A stretch of 64,000 nucleotides of DNA from Candidatus Omnitrophota bacterium (lineage in GTDB: Bacteria > Omnitrophota > Gorgyraeia > Gygaellales > Profunditerraquicolaceae): positions 64,896 through 128,895 of the forward strand of contig QZKH01000009.1 in the NCBI GenBank assembly GCA_003598025.1, read 5' to 3'. Position numbers and translations under genes: made by a program. Positions within the stretch are counted from its first letter, which is position 1, and each line of letters begins with the position of its first letter. Below are positions 28,115-39,529 of the stretch, one piece after another. Below the pieces are notes generated by a model. The model did no database searches, was not told the DNA's origin, and saw only the letters and a program-made list of their open reading frames with translations.

Positions 28115-28143
28115 AATGCGAAAATTGTGCTATATACATAGCT
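28115..28143 (+). promoter_or_regulatory. sigma70-like promoter TTGAAA-17-TATATA upstream of hspR
   Basis: Read directly. Confidence 0.4.
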
Positions 28144-28144
28144 G

Positions 28145-28435
28145 ATGAAAAAAGCAATCAAGTATGGAGATATCTTTGATGTGGGGATAGACGAGCCGGT
28201 ATATACGAGCGGTGTAATTAATAAACTTCTTGGAATACCGGTCTGGGTACTAAAGCAGCTCGACAAAGAGGATATTATTCGTCCGCCCCGAAAAAAAGGA
28301 AGGTCACGACTTTACTCAAAAAATGAGCTAAATAAGTTAAGCCATATTTGGTATCTGATGAAGGAGAAGAAAGTAAAGGTAGACGGTTTAAAAGTTATAT
28401 TAGAAATGGAAGAAAGAATGTGCGTGAAGACCTAA
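28145..28435 (+). CDS. hspR: MerR-family heat-shock repressor HspR-like
   Basis: YTSGVINKLLGIPVWVLKQLDKEDIIRPPRKKGRSRLYSKNELNKLSHIWYL; position upstream of hsp20/groESL. Confidence 0.6.
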   Translation: MKKAIKYGDIFDVGIDEPVYTSGVINKLLGIPVWVLKQLDKEDIIRPPRKKGRSRLYSKNELNKLSHIWYLMKEKKVKVDGLKVILEMEERMCVKT

Positions 28436-28452
28436 AATTTTTTGCCCTTAAG

Positions 28453-28479
28453 TTGGCACTCTCATACGGAGAGTGCCAA
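28453..28479. promoter_or_regulatory. CIRCE-like inverted repeat TTGGCACTC-N9-GAGTGCCAA (HrcA operator consensus TTAGCACTC-N9-GAGTGCTAA)
   Basis: Perfect 9+9 IR with 9-nt spacer, 110 nt upstream of the first hsp20. Confidence 0.6.
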
Positions 28480-28589
28480 CAAGGGACGGCGACTTATGGA
28501 GGTGATGTGCCAAGAACGGCGATACTTAAGCTTCGGGTATTGATTTTGACAATAACAAAAACTAATCATTTTGAAGGGAGGTGTTAACT

Positions 28590-29060
28590 ATGGCGCTTAT
28601 ACCGTGGAGACCGAGAGAAACATGGTGGGATCCTTTCAGGGATCTGGAAGTGATTCAGAATGAGATGAACAGAATGTTTAACTCTTCCTTAGTAAGATGG
28701 GGTGATCGGGATGTGGGTTTACTAGAAGGCGCTTGGAGTCCTGCGATAGATATTTACGACTCCAAAGACAACATCATGGTTAAAGCCGATATCCCGGGAA
28801 TGAAGAAAGACGAAATAGAAGTTTCTGTGCATGGAGACACCTTGATTATAAAGGGAGAGAAGAAACAAGAAAAAGAGGTTAAAGAAAAAGATTATGTCAG
28901 GACAGAACGCTTCTATGGTTCTTTCAACCGGGCAATTAGTCTGCCTGCGGCGGTAGATGCCTCTAAAGTAAACGCCAGCTACAAAAATGGCGTATTAGAG
29001 CTTGTGCTACCCAAAAAAGAAGAGGCAAAACCAAAACAGCTTAAGGTCGATATAAAATAA
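28590..29060 (+). CDS. Hsp20/alpha-crystallin small heat-shock protein
   Basis: SD GAAGGGAGG; ADIPGMKKDEIEVSVHGDTLIIKGEKK...SLPAAVDASKVNASYKNGVLELVLPK. Confidence 0.8.
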   Translation: MALIPWRPRETWWDPFRDLEVIQNEMNRMFNSSLVRWGDRDVGLLEGAWSPAIDIYDSKDNIMVKADIPGMKKDEIEVSVHGDTLIIKGEKKQEKEVKEKDYVRTERFYGSFNRAISLPAAVDASKVNASYKNGVLELVLPKKEEAKPKQLKVDIK

Positions 29061-29107
29061 CGTTTTTCCCCAGAGACGCTATTTTGTTTGGAAGGGGAGG
29101 TGGAACT

Positions 29108-29482
29108 ATGGCGCTTATTAAGCAAAAACAAAAACAGCCTGAGTCAAGGGTTATACAACCTTTGGTTAACATACATGAAACCGATAAAGAAGTGGTTCTT
29201 GAAGCAGAGATGACCGGTTTAACCAAAGAAGATATAGGGCTTGAGCTTAAAGGAAATGAGCTGACTATTAAAGGAAAGACCCGCGAGAATGATGAGGCTA
29301 TACCTAAAGGATATACCGTTATCCATAGAGAGCGCTGTCCACTAGAATATATTAGAACCTTTGTTATTGGCGATGATATTGACAAGAGCAAAATCGACGC
29401 TCAATATGAAAACGGTATCTTAAGAGTAAAGCTAGTCAAGTCAGATGAAGCTCAGCCAAAAAGAATTGAAATTAAAGAGTGA
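29108..29482 (+). CDS. Hsp20/alpha-crystallin small heat-shock protein
   Basis: EAEMTGLTKEDIGLELKGNELTIKGK...DAQYENGILRVKLVK. Confidence 0.75.
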   Translation: MALIKQKQKQPESRVIQPLVNIHETDKEVVLEAEMTGLTKEDIGLELKGNELTIKGKTRENDEAIPKGYTVIHRERCPLEYIRTFVIGDDIDKSKIDAQYENGILRVKLVKSDEAQPKRIEIKE

Positions 29483-29725
29483 GGTGGTTTGGTATGTCCA
29501 AGGGAGAATATATTAAAAGATTAGGTGAGCAGTTTAAGGGCTGGACAGCCAAGATCGGTACATTAAGGCAGAGACTGACAAAGTCGTTCTTAAGACAAAA
29601 ATAGGCCTAAGCCGAAGAATGGAGATTAAACAACTAAAAAAGCCTAAAATCTAAGGTAGGGTATTTTTATCTTTATGCCCCAGCTTCACAGCTCGAACGT
29701 ATGATTTAAAAGGAGATGATGGGCG

Positions 29726-30406
29726 ATGAAGAATCAAAAAATATTAATAGCTTTGGTAATCATATTGGCTATCGGATTGATTGTCGAGGGGGGATATCTG
29801 ATTAGCCTTAAGAAGCGCGTAGATAGTTTCGGGAGTATATCAGCGAGAAGCAATTCCCCTGTATTCTCAAAAAAAGCTACAATCCCAAGATTTGCCCAAA
29901 GGGCTTTTGATAATGATTGGTACTGGGATGATTTTTTTAGTGACGAATGGAAGCCTTTTGAAGAAATGAAACATATGCAACAACAGCTTAACAAGATGTT
30001 TAATGAAAGCTTTGGGAGAGGCATGAGGAGTCAGGGATTTTTGCCTTCTGATAAGGGGAGCTTCTTTGAGCCGGATATCGATATTAAAGAAGATAAAACT
30101 CACTACATGATCACAATGGATCTTCCCGGCATGGATAAAGATAAAATAAGCGTGGAAATAAAGAACAAGGTGCTTAGGGTATCCGGCGAACGAGAAACCG
30201 TGCTTGAGGAGAATAAGGGCGATAAGTTTTTTAGGCAGGAAAGAAGTTACGGGCATTTTTCAAGGGCTATTCCTTTGCCTGATAATATAAAAGAAAATGA
30301 AGTTTCAGCTGACTATAAGAATGGCGTATTAACTATTAAGGTAGCAAAAGCTATTACTGAAGGTGAAGAGGAAGAAGAAACGGCGAAGAAGATCCCGATA
30401 TCTTAA
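29726..30406 (+). CDS. Hsp20-domain protein with N-terminal signal peptide/TM anchor (exported sHSP)
   Basis: MKNQKILIALVIILAIGLIV then DLPGMDKDKISVEIKNKVLRVSGER...ADYKNGVLTIKV. Confidence 0.7.
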   Translation: MKNQKILIALVIILAIGLIVEGGYLISLKKRVDSFGSISARSNSPVFSKKATIPRFAQRAFDNDWYWDDFFSDEWKPFEEMKHMQQQLNKMFNESFGRGMRSQGFLPSDKGSFFEPDIDIKEDKTHYMITMDLPGMDKDKISVEIKNKVLRVSGERETVLEENKGDKFFRQERSYGHFSRAIPLPDNIKENEVSADYKNGVLTIKVAKAITEGEEEEETAKKIPIS

Positions 30407-30666
30407 TCAAAGCTAGCGCTGATTAAATCCAAAAAGTGCTCGCTGCCTCACGTTAAGCCGAAACAAGACAAAAAATAAAATCTAAATTTTCCCTACTTTC
30501 ATTGTAAAGGAGGTGACAATTTATTAAGATGAAAAAACGAAGAACTATCTCTAAAAAGAAACCTTTAGCTCGGACAAAAACTCTAAAGGAAAAGCCCATT
30601 GAAGAGAAGGAAGAGATAAAACCAGAGATAACTCAACAGGATATTCAAGGAAAGGAGGAGGTGTCT

Positions 30667-30957
30667 ATGCAGATTACGCCATTAGGAGACAGAATTCTGG
30701 TTAAGCCTTTGGAAGCTGAAGACAAAACCAAGGGAGGGATAATCTTACCGGATACTGCCAAGGAAAAACCGCAAGAAGGCAGGGTAGTTGCAGTGGGAAA
30801 GGGCAAGGTTTTAGAGGATGGTAAAGTTCAGCCCTTAGAGGTTAAGCCGGGAGACAAAATCCTCTACGGAAAATATTCCGGCACAGAAATAAAATTAGAG
30901 GATGAAGAGCATTTGATTATTAAGGAAGAGGATGTTTTAGCTATTATTATCGATTAA
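30667..30957 (+). CDS. groES: co-chaperonin GroES
   Basis: [14 protein letters not shown]...[12 protein letters not shown]; strong SD AAGGAGGAGGTG before ATG 30667 (the track's 48-aa N-extension rejected). Confidence 0.9.
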   Translation: MQITPLGDRILVKPLEAEDKTKGGIILPDTAKEKPQEGRVVAVGKGKVLEDGKVQPLEVKPGDKILYGKYSGTEIKLEDEEHLIIKEEDVLAIIID

Positions 30958-30961
30958 GTGA

Positions 30962-32599
<1,638 letters not shown>

Positions 32600-32687
32600 T
32601 CGCAACTAAAGGTTAAAAATAAGGGGCTGCTGTCATTATAAATGGCGGCAGCCTCCCGTCTGTAATTAGAAATGTGCATATCTGAAT

Positions 32688-32894
32688 TTGGCAATGACAA
32701 GAGAAGTGCCATTAGAGAAAGTTCTAGATAAATGTGGCAATTCTATTTATAAATTGGTGGTTTTAGCTTCTAAGAGGGCTATAGAAATTTCTGAAGGTCA
32801 ACCCAAGCTTGTAGAGGCAGATGCGGTCGCTAAACCCTCTACCATTGCCTTGCTTGAGATTGCCGAAGGAAAAGTTAGATTGAAGGAAGAATAA
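32688..32894 (+). CDS. rpoZ: RNA polymerase omega subunit
   Basis: CGNSIYKLVVLASKRAIEI...STIALLEIAEGKV matches the RpoZ consensus. Confidence 0.65.
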   Translation: MAMTREVPLEKVLDKCGNSIYKLVVLASKRAIEISEGQPKLVEADAVAKPSTIALLEIAEGKVRLKEE

Positions 32895-32939
32895 ACAATG
32901 CCACTGGTGCGGTCAAGACCTTTTTCAGATAGATAAGGC

Positions 32940-33128
32940 ATGAGTTCAAAAAGAAAGTTGCAGATTAAATTCAGACAGAAATTAAAGAGGCGCCGCAGGC
33001 GGCTTAATCTATTAAAGAAAGGCATTGATCCAAAAGATTATTATTGTGGGGGATATTACATAAAAAATAATTCAAAACCGCAATGGGAAGAAAGCCGGAA
33101 TGAGGATGGGGAATTATTGAAGCAATAG
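32940..33128 (+). CDS. hypothetical basic protein (62 aa)
   Basis: ORF only; K/R-rich. Confidence 0.2.
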   Translation: MSSKRKLQIKFRQKLKRRRRRLNLLKKGIDPKDYYCGGYYIKNNSKPQWEESRNEDGELLKQ

Positions 33129-33257
33129 AGCAATTGCCAGAGGTAATATCTCTAAAGGTAAAAATCTGTTTTATGTGCAGAATGCGAATCTTACATCATG
33201 CCGCGTAAAAGATTGGCAGAGTTGGTGATATTAGGTGGTAAAGGTTAAAACAGCGAT

Positions 33258-33455
33258 ATGCCTATGAGCGGAAAAATTAGATGTCCTTGGTGCGAGAAGA
33301 TTTTCGATTCGCCTGCAAACTGTAAAGTCAAAGATACTATTGAATGCCTTTCTTGTTTTACTAGATTGGAGATTACGCAAGCTTCCCCTGTGCAAGTAAA
33401 AATAGCCGGCGAAGTCGATGATTATATGTACGAAGAATACGATGATTGGAAATAA
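33258..33455 (+). CDS. zinc-ribbon protein with acidic C-terminal tail (...EEYDDWK)
   Basis: CPWC...CLSC; the tail resembles LysW-type carrier termini (recalled from memory). Confidence 0.35.
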   Translation: MPMSGKIRCPWCEKIFDSPANCKVKDTIECLSCFTRLEITQASPVQVKIAGEVDDYMYEEYDDWK

Positions 33456-33492
33456 GAGAAAGTAGATATGTTGGTGGTGGAGGTAAGCAAGA

Positions 33493-34029
33493 ATGAAAAA
33501 AGATCTGCAATGCAGAAAACATAAATATATAGGTAAGAGAATAGAAGGCATCCATTCGCATGCGGGTTTACCCGCAGAATGTAAGATTTGCAGCAAAATG
33601 TATTTGTCTGATAACCCTTTGGTTTTCAAAACAGCGTCTCTTAAGAAGGTAAGTATATGCACTGCTTGTCAGGAAAAGCTGCATTGCGCTAAATGCAAAC
33701 AGGAATTTATATTAAAGAAATTCTTTGTTGCAGAATGCACTCAGTGCGGGCATTTAGAATTCTACTGCAAGAAGTGTAGTAAAAAATTGCCGACCTTGCC
33801 TGTAGGTTGCGAGCCGCATGAGCAGATTTTACGTAAGATGCAGACAATTCTAAGAGAGTATATGCCGGATCTTGGAGATAATCTGCCTAAAAATTTAAAA
33901 GACCTTAAGAAATTCAAAGGTTTTGGGGATATACCGTCGTATCTTTTCCTCCATTTTAATATCATTCTGCCTCCGGATTTTGACAAGTTCGAGGAGGAAG
34001 GCGATGATGCGGATTGGTGGAAGAAATAA
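33493..34029 (+). CDS. Cys-rich (multi CxxC) protein with acidic C-terminus (...EEEGDDADWWKK)
   Basis: At least 6 CxxC pairs. Confidence 0.4.
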   Translation: MKKDLQCRKHKYIGKRIEGIHSHAGLPAECKICSKMYLSDNPLVFKTASLKKVSICTACQEKLHCAKCKQEFILKKFFVAECTQCGHLEFYCKKCSKKLPTLPVGCEPHEQILRKMQTILREYMPDLGDNLPKNLKDLKKFKGFGDIPSYLFLHFNIILPPDFDKFEEEGDDADWWKK

Positions 34030-34212
34030 GATAATGAATACCCTTGTTAATAAATACATCGCGTATCTGATGGTAGCTGAAAAAGAGCTTGCCGGAGCAC
34101 ATGCGTCTAAAAGCTTTCCCGGTAAGCAGAACAAGGAAGAAAAGCAGGCATTCAGCTTGAAAGGGAGTGAAAATTGAGGATATCGCCTGCGGTTTTGTGG
34201 GAGGTGGTAGAA

Positions 34213-34626
34213 ATGAACGAAGAAAGAAGAGCATTTAAAAGGCTACCTGTAGAATTGAAAACCCACTGTATCAGAAACCTCTGCGGGAAATCCCATGAAT
34301 ATTTCCCGTCTTTCGCGAAAAATATCTCATTTCAAGGTATGCATCTTATCTCTTCTAAGGATATCGGGATAGGCGAACGTTTAGATTTTGCCTTAGAGGT
34401 TCCTATCTACTTTATACCGCTCTTGCTTCATGGAGAAGCTAAATGGGTAATACATAAAAATGGCCTGAATAATAACGTCGTGTGCGGTTTTAAATTCTTT
34501 AAAATGGAGCCAATTGATTATAAGAGATTGAAAAATTACTTAATCTCAATTGAAAAAGAATATTTCTCCTCTCTCAATGAAGCAGCTTCTATCCGGGAAG
34601 ATGCTGGTATCTTACAGGAGGTTTGA
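34213..34626 (+). CDS. PilZ-domain (c-di-GMP-binding) protein
   Basis: EERRAFKR (RxxxR) and KNISFQG (D/NxSxxG) motifs; SD GGGAGGTGG. Confidence 0.6.
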   Translation: MNEERRAFKRLPVELKTHCIRNLCGKSHEYFPSFAKNISFQGMHLISSKDIGIGERLDFALEVPIYFIPLLLHGEAKWVIHKNGLNNNVVCGFKFFKMEPIDYKRLKNYLISIEKEYFSSLNEAASIREDAGILQEV

Positions 34627-34642
34627 ATCCGAGAAAGAAGAG

Positions 34643-34867
34643 ATGATGTGGGACGAAAGAGAAGACGAGCAGGACCGGCAATTCGAAAAAATGACCGCTA
34701 CGCATTTGTATTGCAACAATTGCGGCAGGTCAATGCCGGTGCAAGAAACATTACTGTTGGTATTGCCCGATGGTGAATTATATGATTACCGTTGCATGCA
34801 ATGCCATGAATCAGTTGGCACGCGCAAGGAAACAAAAAGGCCATCTTTAGAAATAAAAGGCGGATAA
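34643..34867 (+). CDS. small zinc-ribbon protein
   Basis: CNNCG...CMQCH. Confidence 0.35.
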   Translation: MMWDEREDEQDRQFEKMTATHLYCNNCGRSMPVQETLLLVLPDGELYDYRCMQCHESVGTRKETKRPSLEIKGG

Positions 34868-34876
34868 ATTAAATAT

Positions 34877-35509
34877 ATGGACATTGGTAAATGTATCTAC
34901 CGAGTTTCTCAAGGTTTATTTTTTGTAATTTTAAAGTTATTTTTCAGACTAGAGATAAAGGGAAAAGAAAATATACCCCAAAAAGGCCCTGCCATATTGG
35001 TTGCCAATCATTTTAGCCTTCTCGATCCGTTCGTAGTTACCTGCTGCACAAACCGCATAATCCATTGGTTAGTAGCAAGTTGGGTTTTTTGCATTAAACC
35101 TTTCTCTTTTTTTGCCAAACGAGTCCCCTTTTTTAAAGTAGAACCGGGTAAAGGCAATAATAAAGAAGCGCTGAAACAGGCTACGAATCTTTTAAGCCAA
35201 AATCGGATTATCGGCGTATTCCCTGAAGGTAAATTATCAAGGAGCGGAGAATTAAATCCCTTCTTTTCCGGCGCTGCTTATATAGGAATTAAATCCAAAG
35301 CTCCCATTATCCCTTTGTATATAGATGGCACTTATAAAGCATTTAGGCGAGTTAATAATTTTTTGAAATGGCCTAAAATTTGCGTTATAATTGGAGAGAA
35401 ATTTTCTCTTAATGGGGTTTATAACCTTGTTTATAAAGAAGATATTGAAAAAGGCAGCGAATTTATTAAAAATAGAATTGCTGGGTTAAAAAAGGAGGTC
35501 AAGACATGA
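34877..35509 (+). CDS. 1-acyl-sn-glycerol-3-phosphate acyltransferase-like (PlsC family)
   Basis: NHFSLLD (HX4D) and FPEG motifs. Confidence 0.65.
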   Translation: MDIGKCIYRVSQGLFFVILKLFFRLEIKGKENIPQKGPAILVANHFSLLDPFVVTCCTNRIIHWLVASWVFCIKPFSFFAKRVPFFKVEPGKGNNKEALKQATNLLSQNRIIGVFPEGKLSRSGELNPFFSGAAYIGIKSKAPIIPLYIDGTYKAFRRVNNFLKWPKICVIIGEKFSLNGVYNLVYKEDIEKGSEFIKNRIAGLKKEVKT

Positions 35510-36501
35510 ACTATACTGGCGTAACTGCAATAAATGAAAAAGTGAAGCAGGAAAGCAGTTTTGTCATTAGCCTAAAGCAGGAGATTGAAAAGGTTATTGT
35601 CGGGCAAAAATATTTGATTGAGCGGCTTTTGGTTGGGCTTTTAGCTAATGGCCACATGCTTGTTGAGGGTGTGCCAGGCCTGGCCAAGACACTTTCTGTA
35701 AAAACCCTATCCCAAGCGATCAATACGAAATTCCAGAGAATTCAGTTTACCCCTGACCTTCTGCCCGCGGATTTAATCGGTACGCTTGTTTATAATCCCA
35801 AAGATGGGGCCTTCACTACAAAAAAAGGTCCTATCTTTGCGAATATCATTCTAGCCGATGAGATTAACCGCGCTCCGGCAAAAGTGCAGAGCGCACTCTT
35901 AGAGGCAATGCAGGAGAGGCAGGTCACTATTGGCGAGAATACTTTTAAATTAGATGAGCCGTTTTTGGTGATGGCTACACAAAACCCGATAGAACAAGAA
36001 GGAACTTATCCTTTGCCTGAAGCGCAGGTTGATAGGTTTATGCTAAAAATCAACATCACCTATCCGAATAAAGACGAAGAGCGCAAGATTCTAAAAGAAA
36101 TGAGTGTAACGGATAAGGAGATAAAGGTTTCTCCTGTAGTCGGACCTGACGATATCAAGCGCGCTCGCAAGGTAGTAAATGAGATTTACATGGATGAGAA
36201 GCTTGAGAATTACATCATTGATATTGTATTTGCTACCAGAGAGCCAGCTAAATATAAACTGAGCGATTTAACTAATTTAATCCAATACGGCGCTTCTCCT
36301 CGCGCCAGCATTTATTTAACGCTTGCCTCAAAAGCGTATGCTTTTATCCAGGGTAGAGGCTATGTCACGCCACAGGATGTGAAGTCCATTGGTCCGGATA
36401 TCTTAAGGCACAGAGTTATCGTAAGTTATGAAGCAGAAGCGGAGGAAAAGACATCCGAGGATATTATTAAGAGGATATTTGATGAGGTTGAGGTTCCTTA
36501 A
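35506..36501 (+). CDS. MoxR-family AAA+ ATPase
   Basis: Walker A GVPGLAKT; ADEINRAPAKVQSALLEAMQE. Confidence 0.85.
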   Translation: MNYTGVTAINEKVKQESSFVISLKQEIEKVIVGQKYLIERLLVGLLANGHMLVEGVPGLAKTLSVKTLSQAINTKFQRIQFTPDLLPADLIGTLVYNPKDGAFTTKKGPIFANIILADEINRAPAKVQSALLEAMQERQVTIGENTFKLDEPFLVMATQNPIEQEGTYPLPEAQVDRFMLKINITYPNKDEERKILKEMSVTDKEIKVSPVVGPDDIKRARKVVNEIYMDEKLENYIIDIVFATREPAKYKLSDLTNLIQYGASPRASIYLTLASKAYAFIQGRGYVTPQDVKSIGPDILRHRVIVSYEAEAEEKTSEDIIKRIFDEVEVP

Positions 36502-37380
36502 ATGATCCCTAAAGAAGTCTTACAACAAATAAGGCGCATCCAGATTACTACCTCGCGCATGGTTACTGATGTGTTTTCCGGCCAATATCAAAGCGTATTT
36601 AAGGGGCGAGGTATGGAGTTTGATGAGGTAAGGGAGTATCAAGTAGGCGATGAAATACGCTCAATTGATTGGAATGTAACCGCGCGCATGGGTCATCCCT
36701 ATATCAAAAAGTTTATGGAAGAAAGAGAGCTGACAGTAATGTTGTTATTGGATTTATCCGGCTCTTCCTATTTCGGCACGGTTAATAAACTAAAAAGGCA
36801 AATTGCCGCAGAGATTTGCTCAGTCTTGGCTTTTTCGGCAATCCGCAATAACGATAAAGTAGGGCTGATTATTTTTACCGATAAAATCGAGAAATTTGTC
36901 CCAGCAAAAAAAGGAATAAGCCATGTGCTGCGTATCATTAGAGAGGCGTTGTATTTTAACCCGCAAGGCAAAAAAACGGACATTCCCGCGGCCTTAGAAT
37001 ATCTCAATAAAGTATGCAAACGCAGCACGGTTACTTTTATCGTATCTGACTTTTATGATACTAACTTTGAGAAGCCGCTTTCCATTGCCAATAAGCGCCA
37101 TGACCTGGTAAGTATTACCATAACCGACCCCAAAGAACTGGATTTGCCTAATATTGGCATGGCACAATTCGATGATCCGGAAACCGGCAAGATGTATAAT
37201 CTGGATACCTCAAATGAAGCCTTGCGCCGCTCTTTCCGGGAAAACGCCTTAAAGATAACAGGCGAACGCAAGAAAACATTTGATAGATTGGGGGTAGATA
37301 ATGTAGATATTCGCTGCGATATCCCCTACAACCGCACCTTATTTAAATTTTTCCGCATGCGGGAAAGGAGGCTACGTTAA
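36502..37380 (+). CDS. DUF58 (vWA-like) protein
   Basis: DWNVTARMGHPYIKKFMEERELTVMLLLDLSGS. Confidence 0.8.
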   Translation: MIPKEVLQQIRRIQITTSRMVTDVFSGQYQSVFKGRGMEFDEVREYQVGDEIRSIDWNVTARMGHPYIKKFMEERELTVMLLLDLSGSSYFGTVNKLKRQIAAEICSVLAFSAIRNNDKVGLIIFTDKIEKFVPAKKGISHVLRIIREALYFNPQGKKTDIPAALEYLNKVCKRSTVTFIVSDFYDTNFEKPLSIANKRHDLVSITITDPKELDLPNIGMAQFDDPETGKMYNLDTSNEALRRSFRENALKITGERKKTFDRLGVDNVDIRCDIPYNRTLFKFFRMRERRLR

Positions 37381-38586
37381 ATGCGCCAGGTTTTCTTTTC
37401 CATAATTATAGTTTTAATGTTAGCGGTTTTAATATTTTTGGTGGCAAATTTACCTACACGGATAGTTAAACCTAAAGAGCAGAGCTCTTTCTTGACCAGC
37501 CCAAACCAGATAGATTATGCTAACAAGCTTTTAAGCAAAGGGCTAAAGAGTGAGGCTGCTGAAGCATTCGAAGAATATCTTGCCGCTGGCAAGATGCAGC
37601 TACAAGAAGAGGCCCAGCTTTTATATAAACTAGGCAGTATTTATATGGAGTTATATAAGTATGAGAAGGCGCTGAAAAGTTTCTATAAAGCAGAGATGTT
37701 AAATCCAAAGGCAGAGTTCGCTCAAGAAATGAACCAAAAGATAATTGAGGCATTGGAGAATTTGGGAATGAGCGCTCAAGCCAGATACGAATTGGAGGCG
37801 CGGACTTCTTTGGGCAAAGAAAAACAGGCAAAGGGAAAGGTAGTTGCGCGTATCGGAAAAAGAGAAATAACCGATACTGAGATTGATGAAGCCCTCAAGA
37901 ATGTTCCGCAATGGATGAGAAAGAGTTTAGAAGAGCCGGAAAGGCGCCTTGAATTCATTAGAAATTATGTCGGGCAAGAAGTTCTTTATACAAAAGCAAA
38001 GCGTTTAGGGTTGGACACAAAAGAAGAAACCCGCTCAACCTTAGAGCAGCTAAAAAAACAGATTGTGGTTGAACAGCTTTTAGGTAAAGAGATACAGGAA
38101 AAACTGGATAAGATTAGCCCCGAAGATATCAAATTGTATTACGAAGCCAATAAAGATAGTTTTACTGAGCCGGCACAAATAAAGGCGGCTTTCTTAAGCT
38201 TTGAAAACGAATCCCAAAAAGACGAAATGGTTCAAAAGCTCAAGAAACAGGAAGGAAAATTCCAGGAGGCTTCAATTACAGAAGAAGACTCAAGTATTGC
38301 CGGTATCGGAGAGGCAAAGGATGTAATTGCCGGCCTATTCCTTAAAGAAAAGGGGCAAATAAGCGATCCTTTAAAGATAAAAGATAAATTTTACGTTTTT
38401 TCTATACTTGAGAAAAGACAGAAACGACAGAAAAGTTTTGATGAAGTGAAATCAGAAGTTGAATACGAATATAAGATGAAGAAGCAACAGGAAATAAGCC
38501 AGGATTTGCTTAAAAAAGCATTGGAAGAGCAAGAAGTAGAAATTTTTGAAACAGGAAATAAGAATGAAACCAAAAAAGATAATTAA
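37381..38586 (+). CDS. membrane-anchored TPR/SurA-like hypothetical protein
   Basis: N-terminal TM, TPR-like helices, K/E-rich. Confidence 0.35.
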   Translation: MRQVFFSIIIVLMLAVLIFLVANLPTRIVKPKEQSSFLTSPNQIDYANKLLSKGLKSEAAEAFEEYLAAGKMQLQEEAQLLYKLGSIYMELYKYEKALKSFYKAEMLNPKAEFAQEMNQKIIEALENLGMSAQARYELEARTSLGKEKQAKGKVVARIGKREITDTEIDEALKNVPQWMRKSLEEPERRLEFIRNYVGQEVLYTKAKRLGLDTKEETRSTLEQLKKQIVVEQLLGKEIQEKLDKISPEDIKLYYEANKDSFTEPAQIKAAFLSFENESQKDEMVQKLKKQEGKFQEASITEEDSSIAGIGEAKDVIAGLFLKEKGQISDPLKIKDKFYVFSILEKRQKRQKSFDEVKSEVEYEYKMKKQQEISQDLLKKALEEQEVEIFETGNKNETKKDN

Positions 38587-39526
38587 TTTAATCTGCGCCA
38601 TTTTCTGCTTAGGAGTGTTTTTGGTAAACAGCAGTATGTCTTTTGCGGCTCAAAATAAGGGAAAGAAAAATTCAGACATCGAAGCGACTGCCGCAGTGGA
38701 TAAAACTTCAATACAAATAGGCGATAAGTTCACCTATACAATTACGGCAAAGGCAAAAAAGAATATTGAAGTTGAATTCCCGCAAATTCTTCCAGAGGAC
38801 TTATCCGGTTTTGCGATTAAAGACTTCGGATCTAGCGCCAAAGGATTATTCGCAAAAAAGACTTTCAAGCACTGGTATCTTTTGGATACTTATGTTAGCG
38901 GAGAACATACTATTCCGGCGTCAGTAGTTAAATATCGCACTAAAGGACAAACTGATTGGCAGGAGTTAAGTGTAAATGAAGTAAAATTGGAGGTTAAAAG
39001 CGTATTGGATAATGCGTCAAATCGAGCGGATATCCGCGATATAAGGGGGCCGAAAAGTTTTACCAGCAGAACGTGGCTCTATATCTTAATAGTATCAGCA
39101 CTTCTTTTAATTATAGGAGGAGTTTTTGGTTTTATTTCTTTGAAGAAAAAGCAAGAAGAATCCAAGGCGCCGCCTACTCCCGCGCACATTATTGCTTATG
39201 AAGCCTTGGCGGCATTAGAGAAAAAGGACTATATTCGCAAAGGACAAACCAAGGCTTATTACATAGAACTCTCAGATATTGTGCGGCATTATCTTGAAAA
39301 CAGATTTAATATCCGAGCTCCGGAGATGACTACCGAGGAATTTCTGCTTAAGGTTAAAGAGGATAGCTCTTTATCGGTTGAGCATAAAGGCTTATTACGT
39401 GATTTTCTGACTAATTGCGACTTGGTTAAATTCGCAAAATATCAACCTGCCCAAACAGAAGCAAGTTTAGCGCTTGCCTCGGCAAGAAGATTAGTTGACC
39501 AGACTAAGCAAGAAGATAAGTCTTAA
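38564..39526 (+). CDS. hypothetical exported protein with one mid-sequence TM (DUF4381-like position in bat operons)
   Basis: Signal peptide; TM TWLYILIVSALLLIIGGVFGF. Confidence 0.4.
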   Translation: MKPKKIINLICAIFCLGVFLVNSSMSFAAQNKGKKNSDIEATAAVDKTSIQIGDKFTYTITAKAKKNIEVEFPQILPEDLSGFAIKDFGSSAKGLFAKKTFKHWYLLDTYVSGEHTIPASVVKYRTKGQTDWQELSVNEVKLEVKSVLDNASNRADIRDIRGPKSFTSRTWLYILIVSALLLIIGGVFGFISLKKKQEESKAPPTPAHIIAYEALAALEKKDYIRKGQTKAYYIELSDIVRHYLENRFNIRAPEMTTEEFLLKVKEDSSLSVEHKGLLRDFLTNCDLVKFAKYQPAQTEASLALASARRLVDQTKQEDKS

Positions 39527-39529
39527 GAT

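Noticed and set aside
30529-30666. 48-aa N-terminal extension of GroES
   Set aside because: Strong SD precedes the internal ATG at 30667. GroES is ~96 aa, and the extension is K/E-rich low complexity.
30407-30666. CIRCE operator upstream of groES
   Set aside because: Searched for TTAGCACTC-N9-GAGTGCTAA-like repeats and found none there. The only CIRCE-like element is at 28453-28479.
33231-33662. 143-aa minus-strand ORF
   Set aside because: Overlaps two + strand Zn-ribbon genes with better features (SD, Cys motifs); likely spurious.
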